Under the pieces are notes generated by a model, which ran no database searches, was not told the origin of the DNA, and saw only the letters and a list, made by a program, of their open reading frames with translations. A program made the translations under genes and the position numbers. 64,000 bases of DNA from Octopus sinensis (taxonomy: Eukaryota): NCBI RefSeq assembly GCF_006345805.1, contig NW_021833074.1, positions 20,474 through 84,473 on the forward strand, read 5' to 3'. Of this stretch, positions 1-12,667 are shown piece by piece (the first letter of the stretch is position 1; each line of letters starts with the position of its first letter).

Positions 1-575
1 AGAGTTGGAACCTACATACATTGGAAGCTATGCCAACATTATGGAATAACAACAGAAAAAAGATGGTATAGGCACACACCAGAAAAGGTCACAGAAAACG
101 AGAAAGCAACCATACTCTGGGATATGCCGATACACACAGATAGAGAAATTAAGGCCAACAGACCAGATATAGTTGTCAGAGATCATGAAGAAAAAAAATG
201 CTTTCTAATTGATGTATCAATACCGGCAGATGACAACGTGTCTCTAAAAGAAATGGAGAAACTCTCAAAATACAAAGACCTGGAAATAGAGGTAACTAGA
301 ATGTGGAACCTGAAAACAGAAACAATTCCTATCATAGTAGGTGCATTAGGCATGATAAAAAAATATTCAGACAAATACATAACAAAAACACCAGGACTTA
401 CAAACACATATAACATACAGAAAATTGCACTACTAGGCACTGCACACATCCTACGCAGAACACTTTCCATACAATAACCATCAGAGCATCACAACAAATC
501 ACAGCACATACCCAAGGCACACAGAGCTGCGCTCGGTAGTGAAGTGAAAGCACGCTATAAAAATAAAACTACTGA
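1..575 (+). mobile_element. 3' end of Dong/R4-clade non-LTR retrotransposon (restriction-like endonuclease domain plus 3' UTR)
   Basis: ORF to 477 reads ILWDMPIHTD..NRPDIVV..LIDVSIPAD..EKLSKYKDL..IPIIVGALG..ALLGTAHILRR, a PD..D RLE signature. A ~100-nt 3' UTR runs directly into (TAA)n. Confidence 0.85.
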
Positions 576-590
576 ATAATAATAATAATA

Positions 591-628
<38 letters not shown>

Positions 629-696
629 GTAATAATAAAATAATATAATAATAATAATAATAATATAATAATAATATAATAATAATGATGATAATG

Positions 697-771
<75 letters not shown>

Positions 772-819
772 GATAATAATAATAATAATAATAAAATAAT
801 AATAATAATAATAATAATG

Positions 820-870
<51 letters not shown>

Positions 871-884
871 TAATAATAATAATA
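576..884. repeat. (TAA)n microsatellite
   Basis: Directly visible; source of the poly-I/N ORF at 685-873. Confidence 0.98.
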
Positions 885-990
885 AAAATCCTTTCTACTA
901 AAGGCACAAAGCCTGAAATTTTGGATGAGTTTAGCCGATTACATCTTCCTCGTGCTCAAGCGATATTTATATCATCGACCCCGGAAAGGG

Positions 991-1474
991 CAACTGATTG
1001 GAAGTGTTAACGTGTACATTGTTTTGTCTTGGTATAAAAGATGGGCTGCAACAAATATTCTGCTCAATACCACATATTTGCTTGTAGGTTGCTTAACTTA
1101 AACCAGTTGAGTATGTCCCTTAGTGGCTGACGATACGTGCATCTCTGATCACGAGCAGAAGTAGTGGGGGCGTATCATGTCCACATATTGAGAGGAATTA
1201 TTTGGGGTTTGAATAATTCATCCCTGGAAACATGAGTGTTTCATTCATCATTATTGAACAACCCTTATTTAGAATCTTTTCAGTAGGATGGGGAATTCGA
1301 CTTGAAGAAATTCTAGCTGGGCCCCACCTGCAAGTTAATGCATTGTTTTGTCTTGGTATGAGGTCACCACGTCGCGCAAATATGGTGTAGCTCTGAAGGG
1401 TGCATTAGACATTGTATATTTGTTTGTATCCCAGCGTCAATTTCATGGTGTGCGTTGCATTCTCACGCATTCAA
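991..1474 (+). mobile_element. (TAA)n-associated ~560-bp interspersed repeat, 5'-truncated copy
   Basis: Homologous to 30378-30937, 32203-32530 and 39597-39935; 3' end abuts (TAA)n. Confidence 0.8.
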
Positions 1475-1485
1475 TAATAATAATG

Positions 1486-1590
<105 letters not shown>

Positions 1591-1602
1591 ATAATAACAA
1601 CA

Positions 1603-1813
1603 TCGGTTTCAAATTTTGGTACAAGGCCAGTAATTTCGGGGAATCGGGTAAGTCGATTACACTGACACCTGTGATCAACTGATACTTATTTTAGCAAATT
1701 GAAAGTGCTGAAAGGTAAAGTCGACTGCGGTAGAATTTGAACTCAGATCGTAAAAACGGACGAAATCCGCTAAGCATTTTGCTCGGCGTACTAACGATTC
1801 TGCCAGCTTGCCA
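1603..1813 (-). mobile_element. tRNA-derived SINE, family A
   Basis: Minus strand TGGCAGAATCGTTAG A-box-like and GAGTTCAAATTC B-box-like motifs; body shared with many copies in the window. Confidence 0.8.
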
Positions 1814-1829
1814 CCAGTAATAATAATCT

Positions 1830-3030
1830 TTTCTTTATTTGCAACAAGGTCTGAACATAAAAACACAAAGAGAACAATACAAAACAAGGGACAAGTGCAG
1901 GTGCAGCTGGGGAAGGACCCGAACAACGGGGACAAAATTGATAATTTTAGGCCTATAACTCTGCAGGATGCAGATTACAAGATTTTGGCCAAGGTGCTAG
2001 CCAAGAGGTTGGTGCTTGTCATTGATAAACTGGTCGGTGACGCGCAGACTTGATCACTGCAGTGTTCAGCTACACATGCCCAGTGGTTAAAGTAAATACC
2101 CACATATCAGAATCGTTTAGCATCGCCCGTTTGGTCTGCAAAGATGACCACTCTCGTCCCTTCTGTACATACTGGCTCTTGAGCTATTACTGTGGGAGCT
2201 GGATGCTTCGAGCAGCGTCCTGTGTGAACTAGGATGTGAAAAGTACGTGTCGGCTTGTGCGGACGACGTCATTGTAATAGTAACGGACATCTCGGAAATG
2301 GAGGTGATTGGCACATACGTTAAAGGAGTATAAAGTGGTGATAGGAGCAAAGATTAGCCACAAGAGGCCAGTGGGTTTGCAGCTTGGCACCTGGATAGAC
2401 AGGTCCATACCAACCGACAGTGTCGTATGGCGCTAAACGGAAGGATTGGTTAAGTTGCTTGGAGTTTGGTTTAGTCCGGAAATCTAGGTGAACAAGAACT
2501 TGGATGGGACGAGTGGGGTATCCAATCTCAGCCAGCAATGGGCTGAGAGGAAACTGCAAGAGAAGGGTCGGCCGGAGGTGGCAAATACATCGCTTCTGTC
2601 GTCTACCGTTTGAGCATTGTTCCTTGCCCCGCTTTCTGTAGAATGGACGTGTTTCTTAGATCAGACAGTTCATCTGCTATTTGCAGCCGCTGAGTGGAGG
2701 ATTGGGCATGTTGCGGCTCCTGATGTGCAGGGCTTTCTTGACAGTGAGCAGGTGTGTGGTCGCCGTATGTGAGACGCAATTGTCCTCAGCTCGTCTCATG
2801 GACGAAACTACAGTTGTAGATCAAGCGTAGACCGAGAAAGAACACTGGGTATATATCTGGTGTCTCGGAAAGCGTTCAAAGCCCTCTGTCAGTGGAAGTT
2901 CCACATTGGAGTCCTATAGAGGATTAGTGGCAAGAAATAGCAACGATATCCTGAAGGAAACTCGGGGCGTTTTCCGGAGGACTTTCGGGTCGGGGTCTTA
3001 GAGACAATTTCCAGAAATCATTGGCTCGAC
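1830..3030 (+). mobile_element. Decayed Tx1/L1-like LINE, reverse transcriptase region
   Basis: DNFRPITLQDADYKILAKVLAKRL motif and a downstream ACADDV (YADD-like) motif; many stops and frameshifts. Confidence 0.75.
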
Positions 3031-3071
3031 ATATATGTCGAGCCAATGATTTATGTATTCATATATATATA

Positions 3072-3420
3072 TGTTACGGAGATGTACTCGCATAGCAAGT
3101 AATTTGATCTGAGATCGTGTGCTGAAACGAAAACAATTGCAGCGCGGAAGGTGTTTGTAAGCCATTTAAGAAACACACAAAAGCCGTTCGATTCACTTCA
3201 ACATTTAAGTTTAATTTGTCAAAATATTTTCGTCGCTATAAGACCGCAACCTGTTCACTGACAAAAATCCGTGATGCAGCACGGATTTTTGTCAGTGAAC
3301 AGGTCGCGGATTTTAGCGACGAAAATATTTTGACAAATTAAACTTAAATGTTGAAGTGAATCGAACGGCTTTTGTGTGTTTCTTAAATGGCTTACAAACA
3401 CCTTCCACGCTGCAATTGTT
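3072..3420 (-). mobile_element. (TA)n-embedded foldback element: 289-bp palindrome (3132-3420) plus ~60-nt unique tail; probable PLE-terminus derivative
   Basis: Arms 3132-3273 and 3280-3420 are near-perfect reverse complements around a 6-nt loop; (TA)n on both sides. Confidence 0.8.
3288..3337 (+). ncRNA. Minimal type I hammerhead-like fold with G3:C8 core (mirror copy on minus strand at 3215-3265)
   Basis: TTTGTCA-GTGAACA-G-GTCGC(loop)GCGAC-GAAA-ATAT-T-T-TGACAAA: 7-bp stem I, 5-bp stem II, palindromic AATATT stem III. Confidence 0.6.
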
Positions 3421-3447
3421 ATATATATATTATGTATGTATAATTAC

Positions 3448-3521
<74 letters not shown>

Positions 3522-3698
3522 GGATGTATGATTAAAGTGTAAGCAGAAGCATGAAGAATCCATAAATGGCAAATATATAGTTATACAAATGAATGATTTC
3601 GTGATATATTGATAAAATATTTATATTTTAATTTTCAATGTTAGATTTTTTGTTTAAAAACAATATATATATACATACATACATACATACATACATAC

Positions 3699-3737
<39 letters not shown>

Positions 3738-4100
3738 CATACATACATACAAACATACATACACATACATGCATATATATACATACATACATACATACAT
3801 ACTTACACACACGCACACACATATACATACATACATACATACACATACATGCATATATATACATACATACATACATACTTACACACACACATACACACAT
3901 ATACATACATACATGCATACTTACACACACACACACACATATATATATACATACATACATACATACATACTTACATACACATACATGCATATGTATGTGT
4001 GCGCGTACAGATATACATATATATGTACATATACACAATTCTATATGCATAGAAACACATACGCACACTCATACACACACGTACACAGGTATAGACACGT
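3421..4100. repeat. Compound (TA)n/(CA)n/(TACA)n microsatellite
   Basis: Directly visible. Confidence 0.95.
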
Positions 4101-4701
4101 TATGAATGTGAAGTCTTTCAGCACTTAAAGATAATGCGAAGTTTTTCAGTATTTAAAGAAAATGATACAAAAACATATATCCTGATATTTGGCCCGCAAC
4201 ATGGCCTTTAGTCTAACACGCTGATCCGTTGTCACCTTCATAAATTTTCTCCCTCCTACCAGCCGCAGGTATTGAATCATGGTTGTAATCCGCTTTGATA
4301 GAATGCTGCCGCCTGCTCTAGTTGTCTCCCTTTGTCAGTTAACGCCAATATTTTTCTTGACATTATTTTTGAATACAAACTTACATATATAGATAATGCC
4401 TACTCTTCTACAGGCCATTAACCTGTTGTTTTCAACACAATTCCTTGTAAGTGGGCAACCATGCAATAAACGACATCTGATAACTCAGGCGTATCAACTA
4501 TCAATCCGGCATTGAATTCACAAATCAAAAGTGTCATATGTGAAGTTGGAATGTCTTCATGTTGGACACACACACACACACACACACACAAATTCATACA
4601 TATAAACAGAGAGATAAAAATATTTAGACTGTGTAATAATCAGAGCTCTCTCTCCCTCTTCTTCTACCCCTATCTCTCTCTCTCTCTGTATATATACATA
4701 C

Positions 4702-4745
<44 letters not shown>

Positions 4746-4887
4746 TATATATATATATATGTATATATATCTACATAAATATATACGAATACATAAATAC
4801 GTATGAATACATACATAGCTACCTATCTATCTCACGCTTTATCTCTCTCCTCCCTCTCTCTCTATATATATATGTGTGTGTGTGTGT

Positions 4888-5196
4888 GTTTGAGAAAAAA
4901 CCGAGTTACAAACATACTTTCCCAATGAAACTCGGTTTTTTCTCAAACCTTTTATAATGTGATACAAGTCTTTGGTGTAGCAATTGTACGCGGGTGAAGA
5001 AGGTTTTTTGATTTGGCTATTATATCAATTATGCATTGATGTAAGAATAAGTTGTTCTATAAACCCGAAACATATGTACCACAAAATCCTTTGCGTCCTG
5101 TTTTTCATTTATTTAAATTGATACATATATCCTATCACCTATACCACTAACTGGCCTATACAGGTGCTTACATTTATCAAGTATTCACCCTGAATT

Positions 5197-5200
<4 letters not shown>
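4888..5200 (+). mobile_element. Short element: small hairpin, degenerate hammerhead-like motif, tail ending in (TA)n
   Basis: Inverted repeat at 4888-4948; GTGAAGA-A-GGTTT..AAACC-C-GAAA-CATATG-TA-CCACA at 4989-5083. Confidence 0.45.
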
Positions 5201-5269
<69 letters not shown>

Positions 5270-5699
5270 CATACATATATATGCACCTGCATATATTTAT
5301 ATGTATACATATTTGTGCCTCTATAGATGTGTATACTAGATATAAAATATCTATAATATACATATATACATGATATAGATACCGATATATTAAAAGAGTA
5401 TTATATACAATGATACATACATACATACATACATACGTACATACATACATGCATACATACATACATACATACATACTTACATACATACATACATACTTAC
5501 ATACATACATACATACATACATACAAATATGTGAAATCGTGTGTTTAAACAGACATTTTTATTTTGCGAGATTGTCATTTTTCTTTTTTGCCAAATAAAC
5601 GCGCTATATATTCATCCTGCGCTTCAGATTTCTTGTTGTTTTTATTTTATGTTCTTTGTCAGAAAATCTTTATCACATCTCCTGTGACCTCTTCAGAAC

Positions 5700-8390
5700 T
5701 CTCCATCCCATGTACCTCTTGTTCTGTTTAGTCCATTCTGCCTTTCTATCAAAAGACAGAATCGAATAAACAGGATAGGAGCAGATACTTGCCCTAGAGG
5801 TCTTCAGGCCTTTCAACCTGTCCCACCATACAACCCCTTTTAACTAAGGCTACCAGACAAAGAAACACTACCTGTCCTTAGCGGGCAAAGGAAAACGGTG
5901 GGAAAATCTTCACGGTGGACTCAGCCGATAGCTGGATCCGTCCTATACACAACAGCAAATGTTCAACATAAACTCACAATTCAGCAATCCTCGGGCACAA
6001 TAGTTTCATCACTCTGTGCTCGTCCGGTAAGTCCTGCTGACGGCACTACCACGACTGTAGAGTTTATCCCGAACTGGAAATACCCACCGGCAGCACTTCC
6101 AAGCCAGAGGTTTCTGGAAATTATCCATAGACGCTGGACCCCAAATCCTCCGAAACAGACCGTCGACGCCCCGCGTCTCCCCGAGAACGGCGTCGCACTT
6201 CCCCAACCATAACTCTCTATAGAATACCTGAAAGGAACTTCCACCGTAAGCATTACCAGACTGACAAAGGAACCGAAACCATGATAACGACCGCCAATTA
6301 TTGGTGGTCGACCCTATCTAAAGATTTAGATTGATCCAAATTGATCAGAGCTCCACCCATGCCAGGTTCCTTACCCACCCTGCTATGATGCATTACATGA
6401 AGTGGCGGTTGTCATGGATGGATCTGCTTGGGAATGCGCATGTTTGCACATCAATCAGTTTCTCGACAAGCACCAAACTCTTTGCTGGCACTTTGGCCAA
6501 AATTTTGAAATCCGCATTCAGCTAAATGAGGCTAAAACTTTCTATTGGATTCCCCTTGAGTGGGTCCTTTCTCAGTAATGCTATCGCTCATCGACTCACA
6601 GAATAAGGAATGCTCTAATTCTGTTGCCAGTTGCTTTAGATATCTGCAAAAGGTCGCCTTGCTTACGAACCACATGATTTCAGGTTCAGTCCCACTGCGT
6701 GGCATCTTGGGCAAGTCTCTTCTGCTATAGTCTCGGGCCGACCAATGCCTTGTGAGTGGATTTGGTAGACGGAAACTGAAAGAAGCCTGTCGTATATATG
6801 TATATATATATGTATGTGTGTGTATATATTTGTGTGTCTGTGTTTGTCCCCCCACCATCGCTTGACAACCGATGCTTGACAACCGATGCAGTTCGGCAAA
6901 AAGAAACCGATAGAATAAGTACTGGGCTTACAAAGAATAAGTCCCGGGGTCGATTTGCTCGATTAAAGGTGGTGCTCCAGCATGGCTGCAGTCAAATGAC
7001 TGAAACAAGTAAAAGAGTAAAAGAGTAAACAAGTCATATAAAAATAAAGCTCGTAAGGCAGACCATATAAACTAGGCGATTTGCGACTCCGTGCAACCAT
7101 TCATCACATCACGTATTTCTGTATCTGTTATTTGCATTTCGCATCACTCCGCTCGCCCTTGCCGAGGTAGGAACTGAAGTCTAGCCTGCGTTCCGGTCTG
7201 TCATTCGTTCCAAACAGTTGGGCGGAGTGCTAATGATATGGCGCGCACATCTGCTTGGGATCGCGTACAGTACAACCATTTTGGTCCACCAAAGACCGAA
7301 TTGTGGTTTTGTTCCCATGTTGCACCTCTGTCACTCGGGCGCATCTAGCGGTTTTTGCTCCTTCTTGTCTCAGAGCATGCACCTTAGCTCTGGCAATGCA
7401 ACCATCGTGCTTAACGTTGAAGAATTGCTCCAGGACCAATCTTGCGGCCAACATGTCGGTTGCAATGCATTTTTAAAGCGCTGTGACAAACATTCTAAGT
7501 TCCTCTCGATTCCATTTCTTTCTGTCATTAATGCCTTACTAAATCTAACTGATTCTACTCTAATTGTCCTTTACAGGGCAAGCCACCATTTGTTGTTGAC
7601 GATTGCCATCTCCCCTCAACTCTTGCTTAATTTTCTAGTCCGGTCGTTGGAAGCTTGGTATGCTTCTAGTGACCAGACCTCTGCTTCGAAGCATATCTAG
7701 GTCGACCGTACAGATTACAAATTTGTGGTCTGTGCAACTGACGATTGTGGAAAGTGGACAGGTTATACAATTTTTATCTTCTGGCAAACACAATATTCTG
7801 TCTAGGTACGACCTAGATGACCCGATGTGACTCGTCCTCGTCCACATTGGCACATTCGGGAAATTCTGTCGATACCTGTAACACAGTTGGAAATGTTTGA
7901 GCAGGCTTGCGAGGTTTTTACCATCCCTTCTTCTGTCCGCTAGGGCATACAATTCAAACGTGGCTCTAAAATGGCGTTCCAATTTCCTACTAACATTAAC
8001 GGTCGAGACATTCGTAGGAAAACCTCAAGAAGTCTGAAGAAATCCGGTTATCCTGCTCCTGTCGTAGCATAAGCAGCCACCTGTCTGAATCCCGTCACTA
8101 CTTTTCTCATCCAGGACCACCAACTTAGCTTCTGGTTGCAGGAAAATAGTCCTTATCTTAAGATCCAGACCTCTCCAGAACAACACTGCAGTTCCACCTC
8201 TCAGTCACAAGTTGACATAGAGATAAATATATTTAGCAGCCTCCAAAAATGGCCAATGAACACTTGTCGGTTGGAGATTCTGTTTTCACTGACAACCATT
8301 GCATCTACACTTAGTTACTTGAGTTCGTTTAGCTTCCAAAGTGACCCCCAATAGGCCACGTGCATTTATAATGCCCGTCCTAAGCAAAGC
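5700..8390 (-). mobile_element. Decayed Tx1/L1-like LINE ORF2 (APE endonuclease, RT, C-terminus), interrupted by a SINE
   Basis: Minus-strand pieces: IINARGL, LMLVGNWNA, SYLDRI, TDHKFV (APE); SLYGLPYELY, LNADFKILAKV, LINLDQSKSLDRVDH (RT); VVFLCLVALVK (C-terminus, shared with 31375-32180). Confidence 0.8.
6658..7028 (+). mobile_element. tRNA-derived SINE, family B (CORE-like segment), inserted in the Tx1 RT
   Basis: GGTTCAGTCCCACTGCGTGGCATCTTGGGCAAG, internal TA/TG repeat, AAGAGTAA tail; LINE coding resumes on both sides. Confidence 0.9.
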
Positions 8391-8399
8391 CACGTCAGA

Positions 8400-9705
8400 T
8401 TAAGGAGTAGATGCTGAAAAGGTTAGAGTGATTTTGTTGGCGAGCGGGGAATAGATGTTCCGTTCTCATGACTTATATGTGGATGTTTCCACGAGCCGTT
8501 CTTTATACAGTATTTTCTTGATGTTTGTCCTGAAAGCCCCTATTCCTTCGGGATTTTTAGCCTTTATGGTGTTTTGTGGTGTTAGGATCACTTTTATGTG
8601 TATCGATATGTTATTTGCTGGTTTGATAAAATCGGTGTGTGTGTGTGTAAAGTCTGTATGGTTATATATGTTTTCAACCAGTTCTTTATTGTCAGTGTTT
8701 ATTGCTGTGTAATGTTTCAATTTTGCTGTTATTGAAATGTGCGATCTGAGAGTTTTCTGCTTGTGATGGTGATGTCTGTGATAGTAGTAGTAGTGACGGC
8801 ACTGATGGTGATGATATTGTTGCTGATGGTATTGGTGTAGCTGCTATTGGGGCTGGTATTTGTGTACTTGTTCTCAAAGGCCTCTTTCCCCTCTGGTCAA
8901 ACCAACCAGATTTTTGTGTTGAGGTCGTTGAGTTTTTGTTTCTTTCCTTTTTGTTACACCGGCCGACTTTTTACCTTTTAGAATTTTTGTTCTTCCCGTT
9001 TACCACGGGACATATCTGACTGATCCGAACACGGAAGAGATATGCCTAGCTAATATTTTTGTAGTTGTTCTGTTGATAATGGAGGCGCAATGGCCCAGTG
9101 GTTAGGGCAGCGAACTCGGGGTCGAAGGATCGCGGTTTCGATTCCCAGACCAGGCGTTGTGTGTGTTTATTGAGCGAAAACACCTAAAAGTTCCACAAAG
9201 CTCCGGCAGGGGTGTTGGCGACCCCTGTTGTACTCTTTCGCCCCAACTTTCTCTCACTCTCTCTTCCTGTTTATTGAGTAACGCTGCAATGGACTGGCGT
9301 CCCGTCCAGCTGGCGGGGGGGGACACATACGCCACAGAAACCGGGAAACCGGGCTCATGAGCCTGGCTAGGCTTGAAAAGGGCGACGTTTATCGTTATCT
9401 GTTGATAATAAATTTCTTGTCTTTTCTTTGGGGGGGGGGGGGGGTTCAGATACTGTTGTTCTAACTGCTGTCTGGAATGTTGAAGCCATAGATTTTGGTA
9501 AGTTTTCGGTTGTCCTTGTTGCTGTTACATCCACTATTGTTGTTCTTTCAACTGCTGTCGGTGCTGCTGTGATTACTGTTGCTACTACTGTTACTGTTGT
9601 TTTTGCAGCTGTAGTGGTCATCTGCCTCTGCTGGTGTTGGTGCTGTTGTTGTTGATGTGGTGGTGGTGTCGGCAAAAGTATGTGGGGTTTCCATTCTCTC
9701 CTCAT
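8400..9705 (-). mobile_element. Putative ORF1 region of the Tx1-like LINE (Thr/Pro/Gln-rich)
   Basis: Low-complexity open frames directly upstream of the APE domain on the same strand; no diagnostic motif recognised. Confidence 0.35.
9081..9397 (+). mobile_element. tRNA-derived SINE, family C, with 12-bp TSD
   Basis: GGAGGCGCAATGGCCCAGTGGTTAGG..GGTTTCGATTCCC head; TSD TCTGTTGATAAT at 9069-9080 and 9398-9409. Confidence 0.9.
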
Positions 9706-9832
9706 TTTATCGAACCCGAGAGGATGAAAAGCAAAGTCGACCTCGGCGGTATTCGAACCCAGAATATAAAGATGGACGAAATGCCGCTATGCATTTTGCC
9801 CGGCGTGCTAACGATTCTGCCAGCCCACCACC
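9690..9832 (-). mobile_element. SINE family A fragment
   Basis: Shares the GCAAAGTCGACCTCGG and GCTAACGATTCTGCCAG segments with other copies. Confidence 0.75.
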
Positions 9833-9954
9833 CTTCTGGGGACGAATACTGAATAGTTGTAACCCCCTCCCGCCAAAAAAAAATTCAGATGTAATAATGT
9901 ATTATTTCTTTCGCTGTTCGTTAAGTATGCAATACACGCATTCCTGCCTTTTCT

Positions 9955-10008
9955 GATATATATATACATTTATATACATATATACATATATATATATGCA
10001 TATATATA

Positions 10009-10056
<48 letters not shown>

Positions 10057-10085
10057 TATGCATATATATACATATATATACACAC

Positions 10086-10129
<44 letters not shown>

Positions 10130-10136
10130 ACACACA

Positions 10137-10213
<77 letters not shown>

Positions 10214-10994
10214 GGTTATGTATGTGTGTGAGTGTTGTGTGTGTGTGTGTGTGAGTGTGTGTGTGCACGTTGTGTGTGTGTGAGTGTGTGTGTGTGCACG
10301 TGTGTGTGTGTGTGCGGTATGTAGAGATATATTTGAGTGTGTACGCTATAGGTTTGTAATTTGTGTGTGTATGTGTGTGAAAAAATATATGTATGTGCAT
10401 GTATGTATGTACATGTTTATATATATATATATATATGTACATATATGTGTGTGTGTGTATATTTATTTGCATGTTTATGTGTGTATAAACATGTACATTA
10501 TTTGCATGCGCATTGTGTATATGTATATTGTATGTATGTGTATTGTATATGTATGTGTACAATTAAGTGGATATATGTGTGTGTATGTGTGCATTGTATA
10601 TATGTATGTTGTAGGTGTGCTATATATGCATGAATGCATGTATATGCATTGCGTGTATATATATGTATGCATTGTGTATGTATGTTATGTGTGTGTGTGT
10701 TTATATATATTATATGTATGCGTACGTGTATGTGTATGCATTGTATGTATGTATGTTGTGTGTATATGTAGTATATCTATGTATGTGTATGTAAACACTA
10801 TTTATATGTATACATGTATATATGTATATGCATTGTCTATATATATATATATTATATGTATGTATTGCGTACGTATATTGCATGTATATATTGTGTATGT
10901 GTATTATATACGTGCTGTATGTGTGTATTGTATGTGTATATATATGCTAGGTGTATTTGTGTGATATTTATATTATGTATGTATGTGTGCGTTG

Positions 10995-11035
<41 letters not shown>

Positions 11036-11255
11036 TGTTGTGTGGTGTATGTGTGTATATATGTGTGATATTATATATAAATACATGTTATATTTGTGTG
11101 CGGTGTGTATATATTATATATGTGGGTGCGTTGTGTATGTGTGTGTGTGTGTCTGTGTGTGGTGTGTGCTGTGTGTATGTGGTGTGGTTTGTATACTATG
11201 TGTGTGTATGTGTGTGTTGTGTGGTGTGTGTGTGTGTGTATATATGTGTGTGACA
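9955..11255. repeat. Large irregular (TA)/(TG) compound microsatellite
   Basis: Directly visible; generates the many C/V/Y/I/M-rich ORFs. Confidence 0.95.
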
Positions 11256-12153
11256 AACAGACGCTATCTGACCAGCAGGCAAGACACACACTATTCACAC
11301 CCACACACTAACCTCCTGATAACCCCAAAACCATTGATGCTTGAAGGGGAAGTATACACCACACTGGGTACATATCTTTTTCTCTCAATTCAACCGTTCT
11401 GCTTAAACAAACAGGTCAGTAAAACGTATTCTCGCCTTCAACTTAAAATATTCTGAGATGTATAAAAAATCCATTTTAATTTTTGCTGGCAAAAGACTGT
11501 ATATATATACCAAAGATTGTATATATATACATGTAATGTGACAATTTGCGACAACCAATAATTAACGCAACCAAATTTCCAATAATATATTTGTTTTATC
11601 CTTTTCTGACAATCTTTTACCAAAGAGTGAAACCGGTTAAGTAAATAAACATCGTTTAAATTGCATTTTCAAACCTTTTTTCTTATATATATATATATAT
11701 ATCAACATCAAACAAATTGAGAATAGTCTTAGTTGAATGCTGGTCCAAATAGGTGACTCAGTGAAATTAGAAACGTTGAATTTCTATAATACAATTATAT
11801 AATATACAGTCATATAATATAATGTAATATAATGTTATATATGCACGCACACATGCACACACATACATAAACACACCCGTATGTATGTCATATTTAAACA
11901 CACACACACATACACAAACACACACATAGATCCTTTCTATGCTTTCCTTTGAAATTTAGTTAAATTCTTAGAATTCGAAATGCTTCATACACCATGACAA
12001 GGTTATTCCTTTGTCAGAAACCACGCAGTCGAGTGTTTTGTGAATTAGTGAGTGTGCTAATTTGTTGGTGTGTATGTATGTATGCATGCATGATTTTGTT
12101 ATAGGGTGTGAGATTTTACAATACTGTAAATAATAATAATGGTATTTACAGTA

Positions 12154-12202
<49 letters not shown>

Positions 12203-12600
12203 ATTATATATATATTCTTGTTAAGATCCCTTATTAAGAGATTATCCTTAATTGTTAAACTTATTCCGAAATACTTTTCATTATCCGACATGCAGTTCGT
12301 AAGAAGCCCGCCATTTACCGGATATATGATTTATAAACATTCCATGTGCTTGGCCGGAGTGAGCAGTTGTCTGTTCGTCTTCGCTACGTAAGGTTGGTCG
12401 TTTATTTATGATGTGTTCAGAATCAGTTCTGCTGACGATCATTAGACGTAAGTTGAATGTGAAATCACGGTGATACAGAACTAAATTCATTTTTTAAATG
12501 TCTTGCTTTGAAAAACTGCATTTGGGTATGATTAGTATAATTTTGGTAGTAATGACTTTGTCCCTCCTAGTGTGAGGCATTTATATATATATATATATAT

Positions 12601-12667
<67 letters not shown>

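Noticed and set aside
9081-9160. tRNA-like A/B boxes here and at 33960-34037, 35398, 46122 and 48143
   Set aside because: They are SINE heads continuing into repeat bodies with TSDs; no complete cloverleaf.
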